Translations under genes and position numbers: made by a program
In this document: positions 39,245 through 47,088 of the stretch, piece after piece
Numbering within the stretch: the first letter of the stretch is position 1
Layout of the letters: each line of letters begins with the position of its first letter
The notes under the pieces: model-generated
The model's input: only the letters and a program-made list of their open reading frames with translations
What the model was told of the DNA's origin: nothing
Database searches by the model: none
NCBI GenBank assembly: GCA_947454005.1
Contig: CANGMH010000002.1
Location: 1-51,723, forward strand
DNA: 51,723 nt
Direction: 5' to 3'
DNA from: Verrucomicrobiota bacterium
Lineage (GTDB): Bacteria > Verrucomicrobiota > Verrucomicrobiia > Limisphaerales > UBA9464

Positions 39245-40177
39245 TCAGCGGCCGTTCTTCCGGTTCCTCAGGCCGTCCGCGACGACCGCGAGCAAGATGA
39301 CCGTGCCTTGGATGGCCTTGTCCCAATATGGCTTCACGCCGATGTAGGTGAGCGCGGGCGTGATGCAGGCGAGCAGGAGGAATCCGACGAGCACGCCGCC
39401 GAGGTTCCCTCGCCCGCCCGAGACCGCGACGCCGCCGACGACCGCGGCCGCGATGGCCTCCAGCTCGAGCATCCGGCCGGTGTTCGGATCGACCTGCGGC
39501 GATTGGACGACGTTCATCACCGCGGCCAACCCCGTCAGGGCACCCGTCAGGACGAACACGCCGAACGTGACGAGCCTCGGACGGATGCCTGCGAGACGCG
39601 CCGCCTCGGCGTCGGATCCGACCGCGTGCACGGCCCGGCCGATGGCCAGATGGCGCATCACCGCCGCCATCGCCACCAGGACGGTGATCGCGATGCCGCA
39701 GACCAGATATTGGCCGCCGATCATCGGCAGACCGATCCATTGGAGCCCGTCGGGCAGGTCGATGAAGACACCTTGCTGGGCGAGCCGCAGTCCTTCGCGC
39801 AACGTCACCATCGTGGCCAACGTCACGACGATCGACGGCAGCCGCAGACCGGCCACGAGCGCGCCGTTCAAGGCACCTCCGATCGCGCCTGCAGCGACCG
39901 CCGAGGCGACCGCCAGCGGAAGGGGCAACTTCGCCGCGGCGACCAGCCCGCAGACGACGCTGCAGACGGCGAAAAGCGATCCGACCGAGATGTCGATCTG
40001 CCGGCCGACCATGACCACCGCGATGCCGCAGGCGACGACCAGCTTCGGTGCGGCAGCGGTGAGCCTCGACAACAACGGCTGCGGTGCGAAGAAATCCGGC
40101 GCGAAGACGCCCATCAGCGCGAGCACGCACAGCAGCACGCCCAAGACCGAGAACTCGCGGAAATGACGCTTCAACAC
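39245..40177 (-). CDS. Sugar ABC transporter permease (RhaP-like)
   Basis: Only the C-terminal ~310 codons of track ORF 39245..40906 are hydrophobic and permease-like. The start is probably GTG 40177 or TTG 40174, overlapping the ATPase stop at 40171-40173. Confidence 0.8.
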   Translation of the reverse strand: MLKRHFREFSVLGVLLCVLALMGVFAPDFFAPQPLLSRLTAAAPKLVVACGIAVVMVGRQIDISVGSLFAVCSVVCGLVAAAKLPLPLAVASAVAAGAIGGALNGALVAGLRLPSIVVTLATMVTLREGLRLAQQGVFIDLPDGLQWIGLPMIGGQYLVCGIAITVLVAMAAVMRHLAIGRAVHAVGSDAEAARLAGIRPRLVTFGVFVLTGALTGLAAVMNVVQSPQVDPNTGRMLELEAIAAAVVGGVAVSGGRGNLGGVLVGFLLLACITPALTYIGVKPYWDKAIQGTVILLAVVADGLRNRKNGR

Positions 40178-41733
40178 GGCGACTCCTCCTCCGCGGGGGC
40201 ACCGGCACCGACCGCTTGTCCCAACGCCGCGGCCATCACCGTGCGCGCGTCGCTGCCGCCCGGGAAGATCGCGGCGATGGTCCCGCCCCTCATCACCGCG
40301 ATCCGGTCGGACATGCCGAGGACCTCGGGGAGGTCGCTGGAGATCAGCAGCACGGCCATCCCTTCGTCCGCGAGGCGGCGGATGATCTTGTGGATCTCGC
40401 TCTTCGCGCCTACGTCCACGCCCTGGGTCGGTTCGTCCAAGATCAGCAGCCGCGGTTTGGTCGCCAACCAACGTGCCAACGAGACCTTCTGCTGGTTGCC
40501 ACCGGACAGCGAACCGCCGGGCGCGTCGGGTCCGGATGCCTTCACACCGAGCTCGCGGATCTGCCGCTCGGCGAGCGAACGCTCGGCCACCGGACGCAGC
40601 CAGGTCCCGGGGAAGATCCGTTCGTGCACGGCCATCGTCATGTTGTCCGCGATGGGCATCTCCAGGATCACGCCGTGGCGCCGCCGGTCCTCGGGCACGT
40701 ACGCGATGCCGCGGGCCACCGCTTCTCGCGGAGATCCGATGGTGATCAGACTTCCGCCGAGCTCGATCTCCCCCGAATCGGCGGGCGTCAATCCGAAGAG
40801 GACCCTGGCGAGCTCCGTCCGGCCCGCGCCGATCAAACCTGCCAGCCCGACGATCTCGCCGGTCCGGACCTCCAGCGTGACGTCGCGGACGCCGCTTGAT
40901 GAACATCCGAGACGTCGGACCGAGAGCACCGTCGCGCCAGGCTGCGTCCCGGGCGGCGGATAGATCGACGCCACTTCGCGACCGACCATCAGTTGGATCA
41001 GCTCGTTCTCGGTCAGCGTGGGTCCGGAGCGGTCGGGATCGGAAGCGTCGGAGCGCCGGATGCCACGGGTCCCGACGCTTTCGCCGTCGCGCAGGACCGT
41101 CACGCGGTCGGCGAGCGCGAAGATCTCTTCGAGCCGGTGCGAGATGTAGATGATCCCGACGCCGTCGGCCCGGAGACCCAGCACCACGCTGAAAAGGCGC
41201 TGCTGCTCCTCACGGGTGAGCGAAGCGGTCGGTTCGTCCATGACGACGATCCGCGCACCGGCACCGAGCGCGCAGGCGATCTCCACCAACTGTTGCTCCG
41301 GCATCGAGAGCGATCGGACCTCCGCGTCGGGATAGATGTCGGCTCCGATCCGTCGCAACAGTTCCTTCGCGGTCTTTCGCCGCATGCCCCATCGGACCCG
41401 ACCGAACAACCCGAGATCTTCGAGCCGGATGCCGATGTTCTCAGCCACGGTGAGGTCGGGGAACAGCGCCGGCTGCTGATAGATGCAGGCGATCCCGAGG
41501 CGATGGGCTTCTCCGGGTGTCAGGGACGGAATCCGTTCGCCGCGGACCTCGATGGCGCCTTCATCCGGTTGATGAGCGCCGGTGATGACCTTGATCAGTG
41601 TCGATTTACCGGCGCCGTTCTCGCCCAACAACGCATGCACCTCTCCGGCCCGAAGGTCGAAGGAAACGCCTTTGAGCGCCCGGACAGCGCCGAAGGACTT
41701 GGTCACGGAAGTCAGTTGGAGCAGACAACTCAT
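40171..41733 (-). CDS. rhaT: Sugar ABC transporter ATP-binding protein, duplicated ABC domains (RhaT-like)
   Basis: 520 aa with the ATG checked. Walker A is GENGAGKST, and the two signature motifs are LSMPEQQ and LSGGNQQK. Specificity is assigned by context. Confidence 0.85.
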   Translation of the reverse strand: MSCLLQLTSVTKSFGAVRALKGVSFDLRAGEVHALLGENGAGKSTLIKVITGAHQPDEGAIEVRGERIPSLTPGEAHRLGIACIYQQPALFPDLTVAENIGIRLEDLGLFGRVRWGMRRKTAKELLRRIGADIYPDAEVRSLSMPEQQLVEIACALGAGARIVVMDEPTASLTREEQQRLFSVVLGLRADGVGIIYISHRLEEIFALADRVTVLRDGESVGTRGIRRSDASDPDRSGPTLTENELIQLMVGREVASIYPPPGTQPGATVLSVRRLGCSSSGVRDVTLEVRTGEIVGLAGLIGAGRTELARVLFGLTPADSGEIELGGSLITIGSPREAVARGIAYVPEDRRRHGVILEMPIADNMTMAVHERIFPGTWLRPVAERSLAERQIRELGVKASGPDAPGGSLSGGNQQKVSLARWLATKPRLLILDEPTQGVDVGAKSEIHKIIRRLADEGMAVLLISSDLPEVLGMSDRIAVMRGGTIAAIFPGGSDARTVMAAALGQAVGAGAPAEEESPC

Positions 41734-41972
41734 CCAGTTTCCAGAGCTATCGAGTCTTCAAAAGATTGCCATCTTGATTGTGAATCATGCGATAAGCGGA
41801 ACAAAAAGATGAAGTATAACGATAACGAAACAAAATGTCTGGACTAAGTCACCCTTCGGACTTGCCCCATTTCATGGGGCACGACTGACTCCATTTTCTC
41901 AGCCAAAACATTGCCGCGGGCTAACGAGGGTGTGTCCGATGGGTTCTACACCATGGCCTTCTTGGATTTCAA

Positions 41973-43937
41973 TCAACACGAACAGGCGCGGGAATCATCG
42001 CTTCCGTCCTCGGGTCCAGCTCCGTCCTCGAGGTCGGTCTTGGAAACTTCATCCCGTTGTCGGAAGCGCTTCATCCAGACCATGATCAAACCGATATCCG
42101 ACGGTGAGACCCCCGAGATCCGGGAGGCTTGGCCCAACGTCGTCGGCCGGATCTTCTCGAGCTTCTGCCTCGCTTCGACGCCCAAACTCTTGATTTCCGC
42201 GTAGGGAAATGTCGTGGGTATCTCCTGTTGTTCGAGGCCTCGGAACCGCACCAGTTCCTGCTCCTGCCGGTCCACATACCCGGCATACTTGGTGACGATC
42301 TCCACCTGCAGACCGACTTCCGGCGAGAGGGATGGATCCCGACCGGGGAGGGTGGCGTAGCTGATTTCAGGACGCTTAAGTAGTTGGGATAGAGAGTCGT
42401 ATCCGATATGGGTGCTCTCCAGTCGCTTCAACTCGGTCGCGATGGCATCGCGCTTGGCGACGAAGCGGCGATAATTCCGCTCGGGTAGAAGGCCGATATC
42501 GGACCCGATCTGGCTGAGGCGGAGATCGGCGTTGTCCTGACGCAGCACCAACCGGTACTCCGCGCGGGACGTGAACATGCGATACGGCTCTTGGGTGCCT
42601 TTGGTGACCAAGTCGTCGATCAAGACGCCGATGTAGGCTTGGTCGCGTCGGAGCACGACCGGCTCCCTCCCCTGCGCTTTCCGGGCGGCGTTGATGCCGC
42701 CGATCAGCCCTTGCGCTCCCGCCTCTTCGTACCCCGACGTCCCGTTGATCTGCCCGGCCAAAAAGAGACCCCGACAAACTTTCGTCTCCAAGCTCGGATA
42801 CAGCTGCGTCGGATGGCTGAAATCGTATTCGACGGCGTAGGCGGGTCGCATGATCTCGGCTTGCTCGCATCCGACGATGCTCCGGACCATCTCGACTTGG
42901 ACCTCGAACGGGAGGCAGGTGGAGAAGCCGTTGACATAGATCTCGTCGGTGGCGATGCCCTCCGGTTCCAAGAAAATCTGATGCTGCTCCTTTTCGGCGA
43001 AGCGGACGAACTTGTCCTCGATGCTCGGGCAGTAGCGGGGACCTACCCCTTCGATGACGCCGGAATACATCGGCGACTTGTGGAGGTTCGCCAGGATCAA
43101 CTCCCGCGTCTTCGGCGTGGTGTGCGTCAGCCAGCAGTCCGACTGTTTTCCGGCTTGGGCCAAGATCGAGCCGGGTGGATAGATGCCGGACGAAGTTCGC
43201 GAATGTTCCACGTGGAACATCCTGTCGTCCCATAGGTCGTCCTTCCAGTAGGTGAACCATGGAACCGGCTCATCACCGGGTTGCGGTTCGCATCGGGTGA
43301 AGTCGATCGACTGTTTCACCAACCGCGGCGGTGTCCCGGTCTTGAGCCGGCCTAGTTCCAGTCCCAACTCGATCAAGGACGCCGAGAGACCGGTCGCCGC
43401 CGCTTCGCCTGCCCGGCCGCCTGCCTGTTGGTTGGCGCCGACGTGCATGAGGCCCCGGAGAAAGGTCCCGGTCGTGATGACGACGGTCTTGCTGAGGAAC
43501 TGGACCTCCAAGGTGGTTTCCACCCCGACGATTTCCCCATCCCGATGCGATAACCGGACGATCTGCCCTTGCTTGCAGTCGAGGTTCGGTTGTCGTTCGC
43601 AGATCCACTTAAGGCGGAATTGGTAGGCTTTCTTGTCGCACTGAGCCCGGGGTGCCCAGACCGCTGGTCCCTTCTTGGTGTTGAGCATCCGGAACTGCAG
43701 ACCGCACATGTCGGTCGCCTTCCCCATCTCACCACCGAGCGCGTCGATCTCGCGGGCGAGATGTCCCTTGGCCAATCCGCCGATGGCCGGATTGCAGGAC
43801 ATCTGGCCGATGGTATCGAGGTTGATGGTCAGCAACAGGGTCTGACAACCCATGCGTGCCGCTGCAAGCGCGGCTTCGACTCCGGCGTGGCCAGCACCCA
43901 CGACGATGACATCGTATCGCTTCGGATAGACAAACAT
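41973..43937 (-). CDS. mnmG: tRNA uridine-5-carboxymethylaminomethyl(34) synthesis enzyme MnmG (GidA)
   Basis: 654 aa starting MFVYPKRYDVIVVGAGHAGVEAALAAARMG (the FAD site). It also has GPRYCPSIEDK and the C-terminal SRISGVSPSDI. Confidence 0.95.
   Translation of the reverse strand: MFVYPKRYDVIVVGAGHAGVEAALAAARMGCQTLLLTINLDTIGQMSCNPAIGGLAKGHLAREIDALGGEMGKATDMCGLQFRMLNTKKGPAVWAPRAQCDKKAYQFRLKWICERQPNLDCKQGQIVRLSHRDGEIVGVETTLEVQFLSKTVVITTGTFLRGLMHVGANQQAGGRAGEAAATGLSASLIELGLELGRLKTGTPPRLVKQSIDFTRCEPQPGDEPVPWFTYWKDDLWDDRMFHVEHSRTSSGIYPPGSILAQAGKQSDCWLTHTTPKTRELILANLHKSPMYSGVIEGVGPRYCPSIEDKFVRFAEKEQHQIFLEPEGIATDEIYVNGFSTCLPFEVQVEMVRSIVGCEQAEIMRPAYAVEYDFSHPTQLYPSLETKVCRGLFLAGQINGTSGYEEAGAQGLIGGINAARKAQGREPVVLRRDQAYIGVLIDDLVTKGTQEPYRMFTSRAEYRLVLRQDNADLRLSQIGSDIGLLPERNYRRFVAKRDAIATELKRLESTHIGYDSLSQLLKRPEISYATLPGRDPSLSPEVGLQVEIVTKYAGYVDRQEQELVRFRGLEQQEIPTTFPYAEIKSLGVEARQKLEKIRPTTLGQASRISGVSPSDIGLIMVWMKRFRQRDEVSKTDLEDGAGPEDGSDDSRACSC
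43204..43219. promoter_or_regulatory. parS centromere-like site (perfect palindrome TGTTCCACGTGGAACA) inside mnmG
   Basis: Read directly from the sequence. The site is fully self-complementary and extends to 18 bp (43203-43220). In the mnmG frame it encodes MFHVEH. Confidence 0.75.
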
Positions 43938-43997
43938 ACCTCACCCGCTGACGAGCGAGGCACATCGTGCGGCGAACGGGGCGTGCAAGCCAATCCT

Positions 43998-44013
43998 TGT
44001 TCCACGTGGAACA
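43998..44013. promoter_or_regulatory. parS centromere-like site (perfect palindrome TGTTCCACGTGGAACA), intergenic
   Basis: The 16-mer is identical to the copy at 43204 and extends to 18 bp (43997-44014). It lies 61 nt upstream of the mnmG ATG and 35 nt downstream of the preceding ORF's stop. Confidence 0.75.
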
Positions 44014-44047
44014 ATCCGGAGTTCCGACGTGGGGCCGGAAGCGGATG

Positions 44048-44428
44048 TCATCCGCGCCGAAGCAAGAGCGCCGCGCAACCGAGGCCGGACCCCACCAGCG
44101 CGAGAACGCTGGAGACCACCATCGCAGCGACGCTTCCAGCCAACGGGCTGAGGACAACGAGCCAAAACGAAAGCGCCATCAGGACCGCATCCGCGCCCCA
44201 GAAGAACAGGGGCCATCGGTCGATCCGAGGGGTGGAGCCGACGGCCTTGGCGGCGATTTCCGTGGGAATCGCAGGGGCCTTCTCCGTGCGTTCGACCCAA
44301 GGGATGTCCTTGATGGTCTCGCTCCGCATCACCAGGCCGACCCCACGGAGCGACGGACGGATCAACGGCTTGCCGGCTGGTTCAGCCAGCAGACTTCCCA
44401 AACCTTTGCCCAGACCAGAAGCAGCCAT
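44048..44428 (-). CDS. Small membrane protein with ParB-like N-terminal peptide (MAASGLGKGLGSLL) and two C-terminal TM helices
   Basis: The track start at 44491 is a GTG. The ATG at 44428-44426 gives a 126-aa protein. The N-terminus resembles the ParA-activating peptide of ParB/Spo0J (M..GLGKGL..LL). The C-terminus is WPLFFWGADAVLMALSFWLVVL...VVSSVLALVGSGLGCAALLL. There is no ParB/Srx or HTH domain. Confidence 0.5.
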   Translation of the reverse strand: MAASGLGKGLGSLLAEPAGKPLIRPSLRGVGLVMRSETIKDIPWVERTEKAPAIPTEIAAKAVGSTPRIDRWPLFFWGADAVLMALSFWLVVLSPLAGSVAAMVVSSVLALVGSGLGCAALLLRRG

Positions 44429-44594
44429 TGCCGAGACAGTCTTCGGCCTTCCTGTCGTGTGCTCAATCCTGAACTCGTCCAAGTTGCCCACAAGGGGCCA
44501 TCCGACGGCCGGCGGAGTTCAGGTCAAGGGGTCGAGGCCAATTGCACGGTTGCCGGTGGATGCTCCGCACCGCTACGATTGGTTTCGTCATCCT

Positions 44595-45734
44595 ATGGAA
44601 GTCACGCGAACCGCCTTCGGCACCTGGAATGGTGGCCGCTTCATGCACTACGGCCAGCCGTTGGACGACGTCCAGTGGATCAGTTTGGCCCAGCATGCGT
44701 ACCGGCAGGGTGTCCGCACGTTCTTGACCGCGGACGTCTACGGCAACGGCGAAGCCGATACGTTGTTGGGAAAAGCGCTCGTCGGATTGCCGCGGGATTC
44801 CTTTTCGCTGGTCGGAGCCGTCGGTCACGATTTTTACAGCGCCAAACGCGACGGCGCGAAAGGCTTCCCTCGGTTCACCCATCCCCAGCTCCGGAGTCCG
44901 GGGGATTACGCCGACTACCTTCGCATGGCGACCGAGAAATCGCTCGCTCGTTGCAGGATGAGCAAATTCGACCTGCTCCTCCTCCATAACCCGGATTCCG
45001 TCGGCTACACCGACGACCGCGTCTGGGAAGGGATGCAGAAGCTGGTGGATACCGGTCTTACCGACCAACTGGGAGTCGCTCCTGGGCCGGCCAACGGGTT
45101 CACCTTGGACATGATCCTTTGCTTCGAGCGCTTCGGGGCCCTGATCGATTGGGCTATGATCATCCTCAATCCATTCGAACCATGGCCGGGTGGTCTGGCG
45201 CTGCCGGCGGCCGCCAAGCACGACATCAAGGTGCTGACTCGGGTTGTGGACTACGGCGGGATCTTCCACGACGACGTCCGGCCCGGGCATCAATTCGGCC
45301 AGAGCGACCACCGCTCGTTCCGCCCGGCCGGATGGGTCGAATCTGGTAACACGAAGCTCGACCAACTCCGGCCTATCGCCAAGAGACACGGTTTGACTTC
45401 CCTTCAGCTTGCCTGCGCTTGGAACCTCAGCCAACCCGCGGTCCGGACCGTCGTGCCGACGCTCATCCAAGAGATCGGCGATGGCGCCAAGACCATCCTC
45501 GCGAAGGTGGATGAATTGGCTGCGTTGCCTGAGGTGACCTTCAGTGCGGAAGAACTCGATTTCATCGCCCAGGTCGGTGACAACAAAGGATGTATGCACC
45601 TCAAGGGAGCGAGTCGCGGGCATACCGCCGCCCCGGTTGCCGACCAATGGGGTATCACTCCGGATCTCGAATCCGTGGGACGTCGTTGGGGTATCGATCC
45701 CGATTGCGACCTTGCCTACAGTCATCCGGCTTGA
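44595..45734 (+). CDS. Aldo/keto reductase family oxidoreductase
   Basis: 379 aa from ATG 44595. It contains GVRTFLTADVYGNGEADTLLGKAL, the AKR catalytic D..Y region. The upstream part of track ORF 43569..45734 is antisense to mnmG. Confidence 0.85.
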   Translation: MEVTRTAFGTWNGGRFMHYGQPLDDVQWISLAQHAYRQGVRTFLTADVYGNGEADTLLGKALVGLPRDSFSLVGAVGHDFYSAKRDGAKGFPRFTHPQLRSPGDYADYLRMATEKSLARCRMSKFDLLLLHNPDSVGYTDDRVWEGMQKLVDTGLTDQLGVAPGPANGFTLDMILCFERFGALIDWAMIILNPFEPWPGGLALPAAAKHDIKVLTRVVDYGGIFHDDVRPGHQFGQSDHRSFRPAGWVESGNTKLDQLRPIAKRHGLTSLQLACAWNLSQPAVRTVVPTLIQEIGDGAKTILAKVDELAALPEVTFSAEELDFIAQVGDNKGCMHLKGASRGHTAAPVADQWGITPDLESVGRRWGIDPDCDLAYSHPA

Positions 45735-46034
45735 TTTTCCGAACCGTCCGATTCCCGGAGTCTGGCCAGACAAACGAGGCATCATATTGCATGAGAACAT
45801 GATGCGTCGTTGTTCCATGTCGAGGACAGCCCGCTCGACCTCGACGGATTGGTCGGAATCCGGGAGAATTGAAAAGAGGGTATGGACACCTTCCCCGACA
45901 ATCAAAGTGCGCCAAATCGGATCCTAGAGCGTCGTTTTTGATACGTGTGCGTACGTCCTGGGGGCGGCATAGTGGAGAATCCGCCCGGCGACCTCGCGGT
46001 TGCCGGCCGGGATCGTGGACCTAGACTTCGGCCG

Positions 46035-46544
46035 ATGTCCGCGACCGAGATCACCGGATTTGTCCTGACGCTGCTCGCCATGTTGGTCGGCTTGGCCGGG
46101 GCGGTTTTGCCGGGGCTGCCGGGGACGCCTTTGGTGTTCCTTGCCGCCATCGGTCATCGATTCTATTTCGGGGACAAAGGTGCCGCGGGCTGGGTCTTGG
46201 TCGCGCTCGGTCTGATGGCGGGTGGTTCCCTTCTGTTCGATTTCCTGGCGACGACCTACGGAGCCAAGAAGCTTGGGGCGACGTGGCGCGGGATGGTCGG
46301 GGCCGGCGTCGGCGCGATGCTCGGGCTCTTCTTCGCGCCCGTGGGACTTCTGCTCGGGCCGTTGATCGGGGCGGCGGCAGCCGAGATGTTGGGCGGGCGT
46401 GAATGGCGGGAAGCCGGGAAGGCGGGCATCGGGGCGACCCTCGGCGTCCTTGCCGGAACGCTGGGAAAGCTCGCGTGCTGCCTCGCGATGATCGGGCTTT
46501 TCGCTTTGCACGTCCTGTTGCGAGGACTTTCGTCGGGGAACTGA
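46035..46544 (+). CDS. DUF456 family membrane protein
   Basis: ATG 46035. The protein is Gly/Ala-rich and polytopic, with LPGLPGTPLVFL ... YGAKKLGATWRG, typical of DUF456. Confidence 0.75.
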   Translation: MSATEITGFVLTLLAMLVGLAGAVLPGLPGTPLVFLAAIGHRFYFGDKGAAGWVLVALGLMAGGSLLFDFLATTYGAKKLGATWRGMVGAGVGAMLGLFFAPVGLLLGPLIGAAAAEMLGGREWREAGKAGIGATLGVLAGTLGKLACCLAMIGLFALHVLLRGLSSGN

Positions 46545-46586
46545 GGCTTTACCTCGCACGGCCTTCTGGCAGGCTCTGAGGCCCAC

Positions 46587-47003
46587 ATGGAACGCACGCT
46601 TATCCTCTGCAAACCTGACTGTGTCTCCCGCAACCTCGTCGGCACGGTGCTCGACCGGTTCGAGCGGGCGGGTCTCAGCATCGCCGCCACGAAGATGCTC
46701 CGCCTGACGCCGGCGCTGCTCACCGAGCACTATTCGCATCTCGCGGACCGTCCGTTCTTCCCGGAGATCGTGGCTTTCATGCAGTCGCAGCCGGTCGTCG
46801 CGGTCATCCTTTCCGGTGACAACGCGGTCGCCAAGGTGCGCGAGCTGCTCGGGCCCACGGATTCCCGCAAAGCGCCCAAGGGGACGCTCCGCGGTGATTT
46901 CGGCACCGGCAGCATGGAGAACATCGCGCATGCGTCCGATTCCGTGGAGAACGCCGAACTCGAGGTGAAGCGCTTCTTCCGCGCGGACGAGATCCCCGCC
47001 TGA
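46587..47003 (+). CDS. ndk: Nucleoside-diphosphate kinase
   Basis: 138 aa starting MERTLILCKPD. It contains RGDFG and the active-site NIAHASDS. Confidence 0.95.
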   Translation: MERTLILCKPDCVSRNLVGTVLDRFERAGLSIAATKMLRLTPALLTEHYSHLADRPFFPEIVAFMQSQPVVAVILSGDNAVAKVRELLGPTDSRKAPKGTLRGDFGTGSMENIAHASDSVENAELEVKRFFRADEIPA

Positions 47004-47025
47004 GCCGATCCGGGCCGGTGGAAAC

Positions 47026-47059
47026 AAAAAGGGCGCGGCCACCGGCCGCGCCCCTTTTT
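47026..47059. terminator. Bidirectional rho-independent terminator between ndk and the PPIase gene
   Basis: AAAAA-GGGCGCGGCC-ACC-GGCCGCGCCC-C-TTTTT: a 10-bp GC stem flanked by an A-run and a T-run, between convergent genes. Confidence 0.75.
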
Positions 47060-47088
47060 GTCTCCGGAACCGATTCTCCTGACCCGCG

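Noticed and set aside
38157-40963. Long ORFs 38157..40208 (-) and 38429..40963 (+)
   Set aside because: These are shadows of the two ABC permease genes and the ATPase gene. They have Arg/Asp/Gly-rich composition and no hydrophobic segments, whereas the permease frames have them.
45961-46004. GGGGCGGCATAGTGGAG, which resembles a tRNA 5' end
   Set aside because: It has no D-stem pairing, no GTTCGAATC-type T-arm and the wrong spacing. It folds instead as two simple hairpins.
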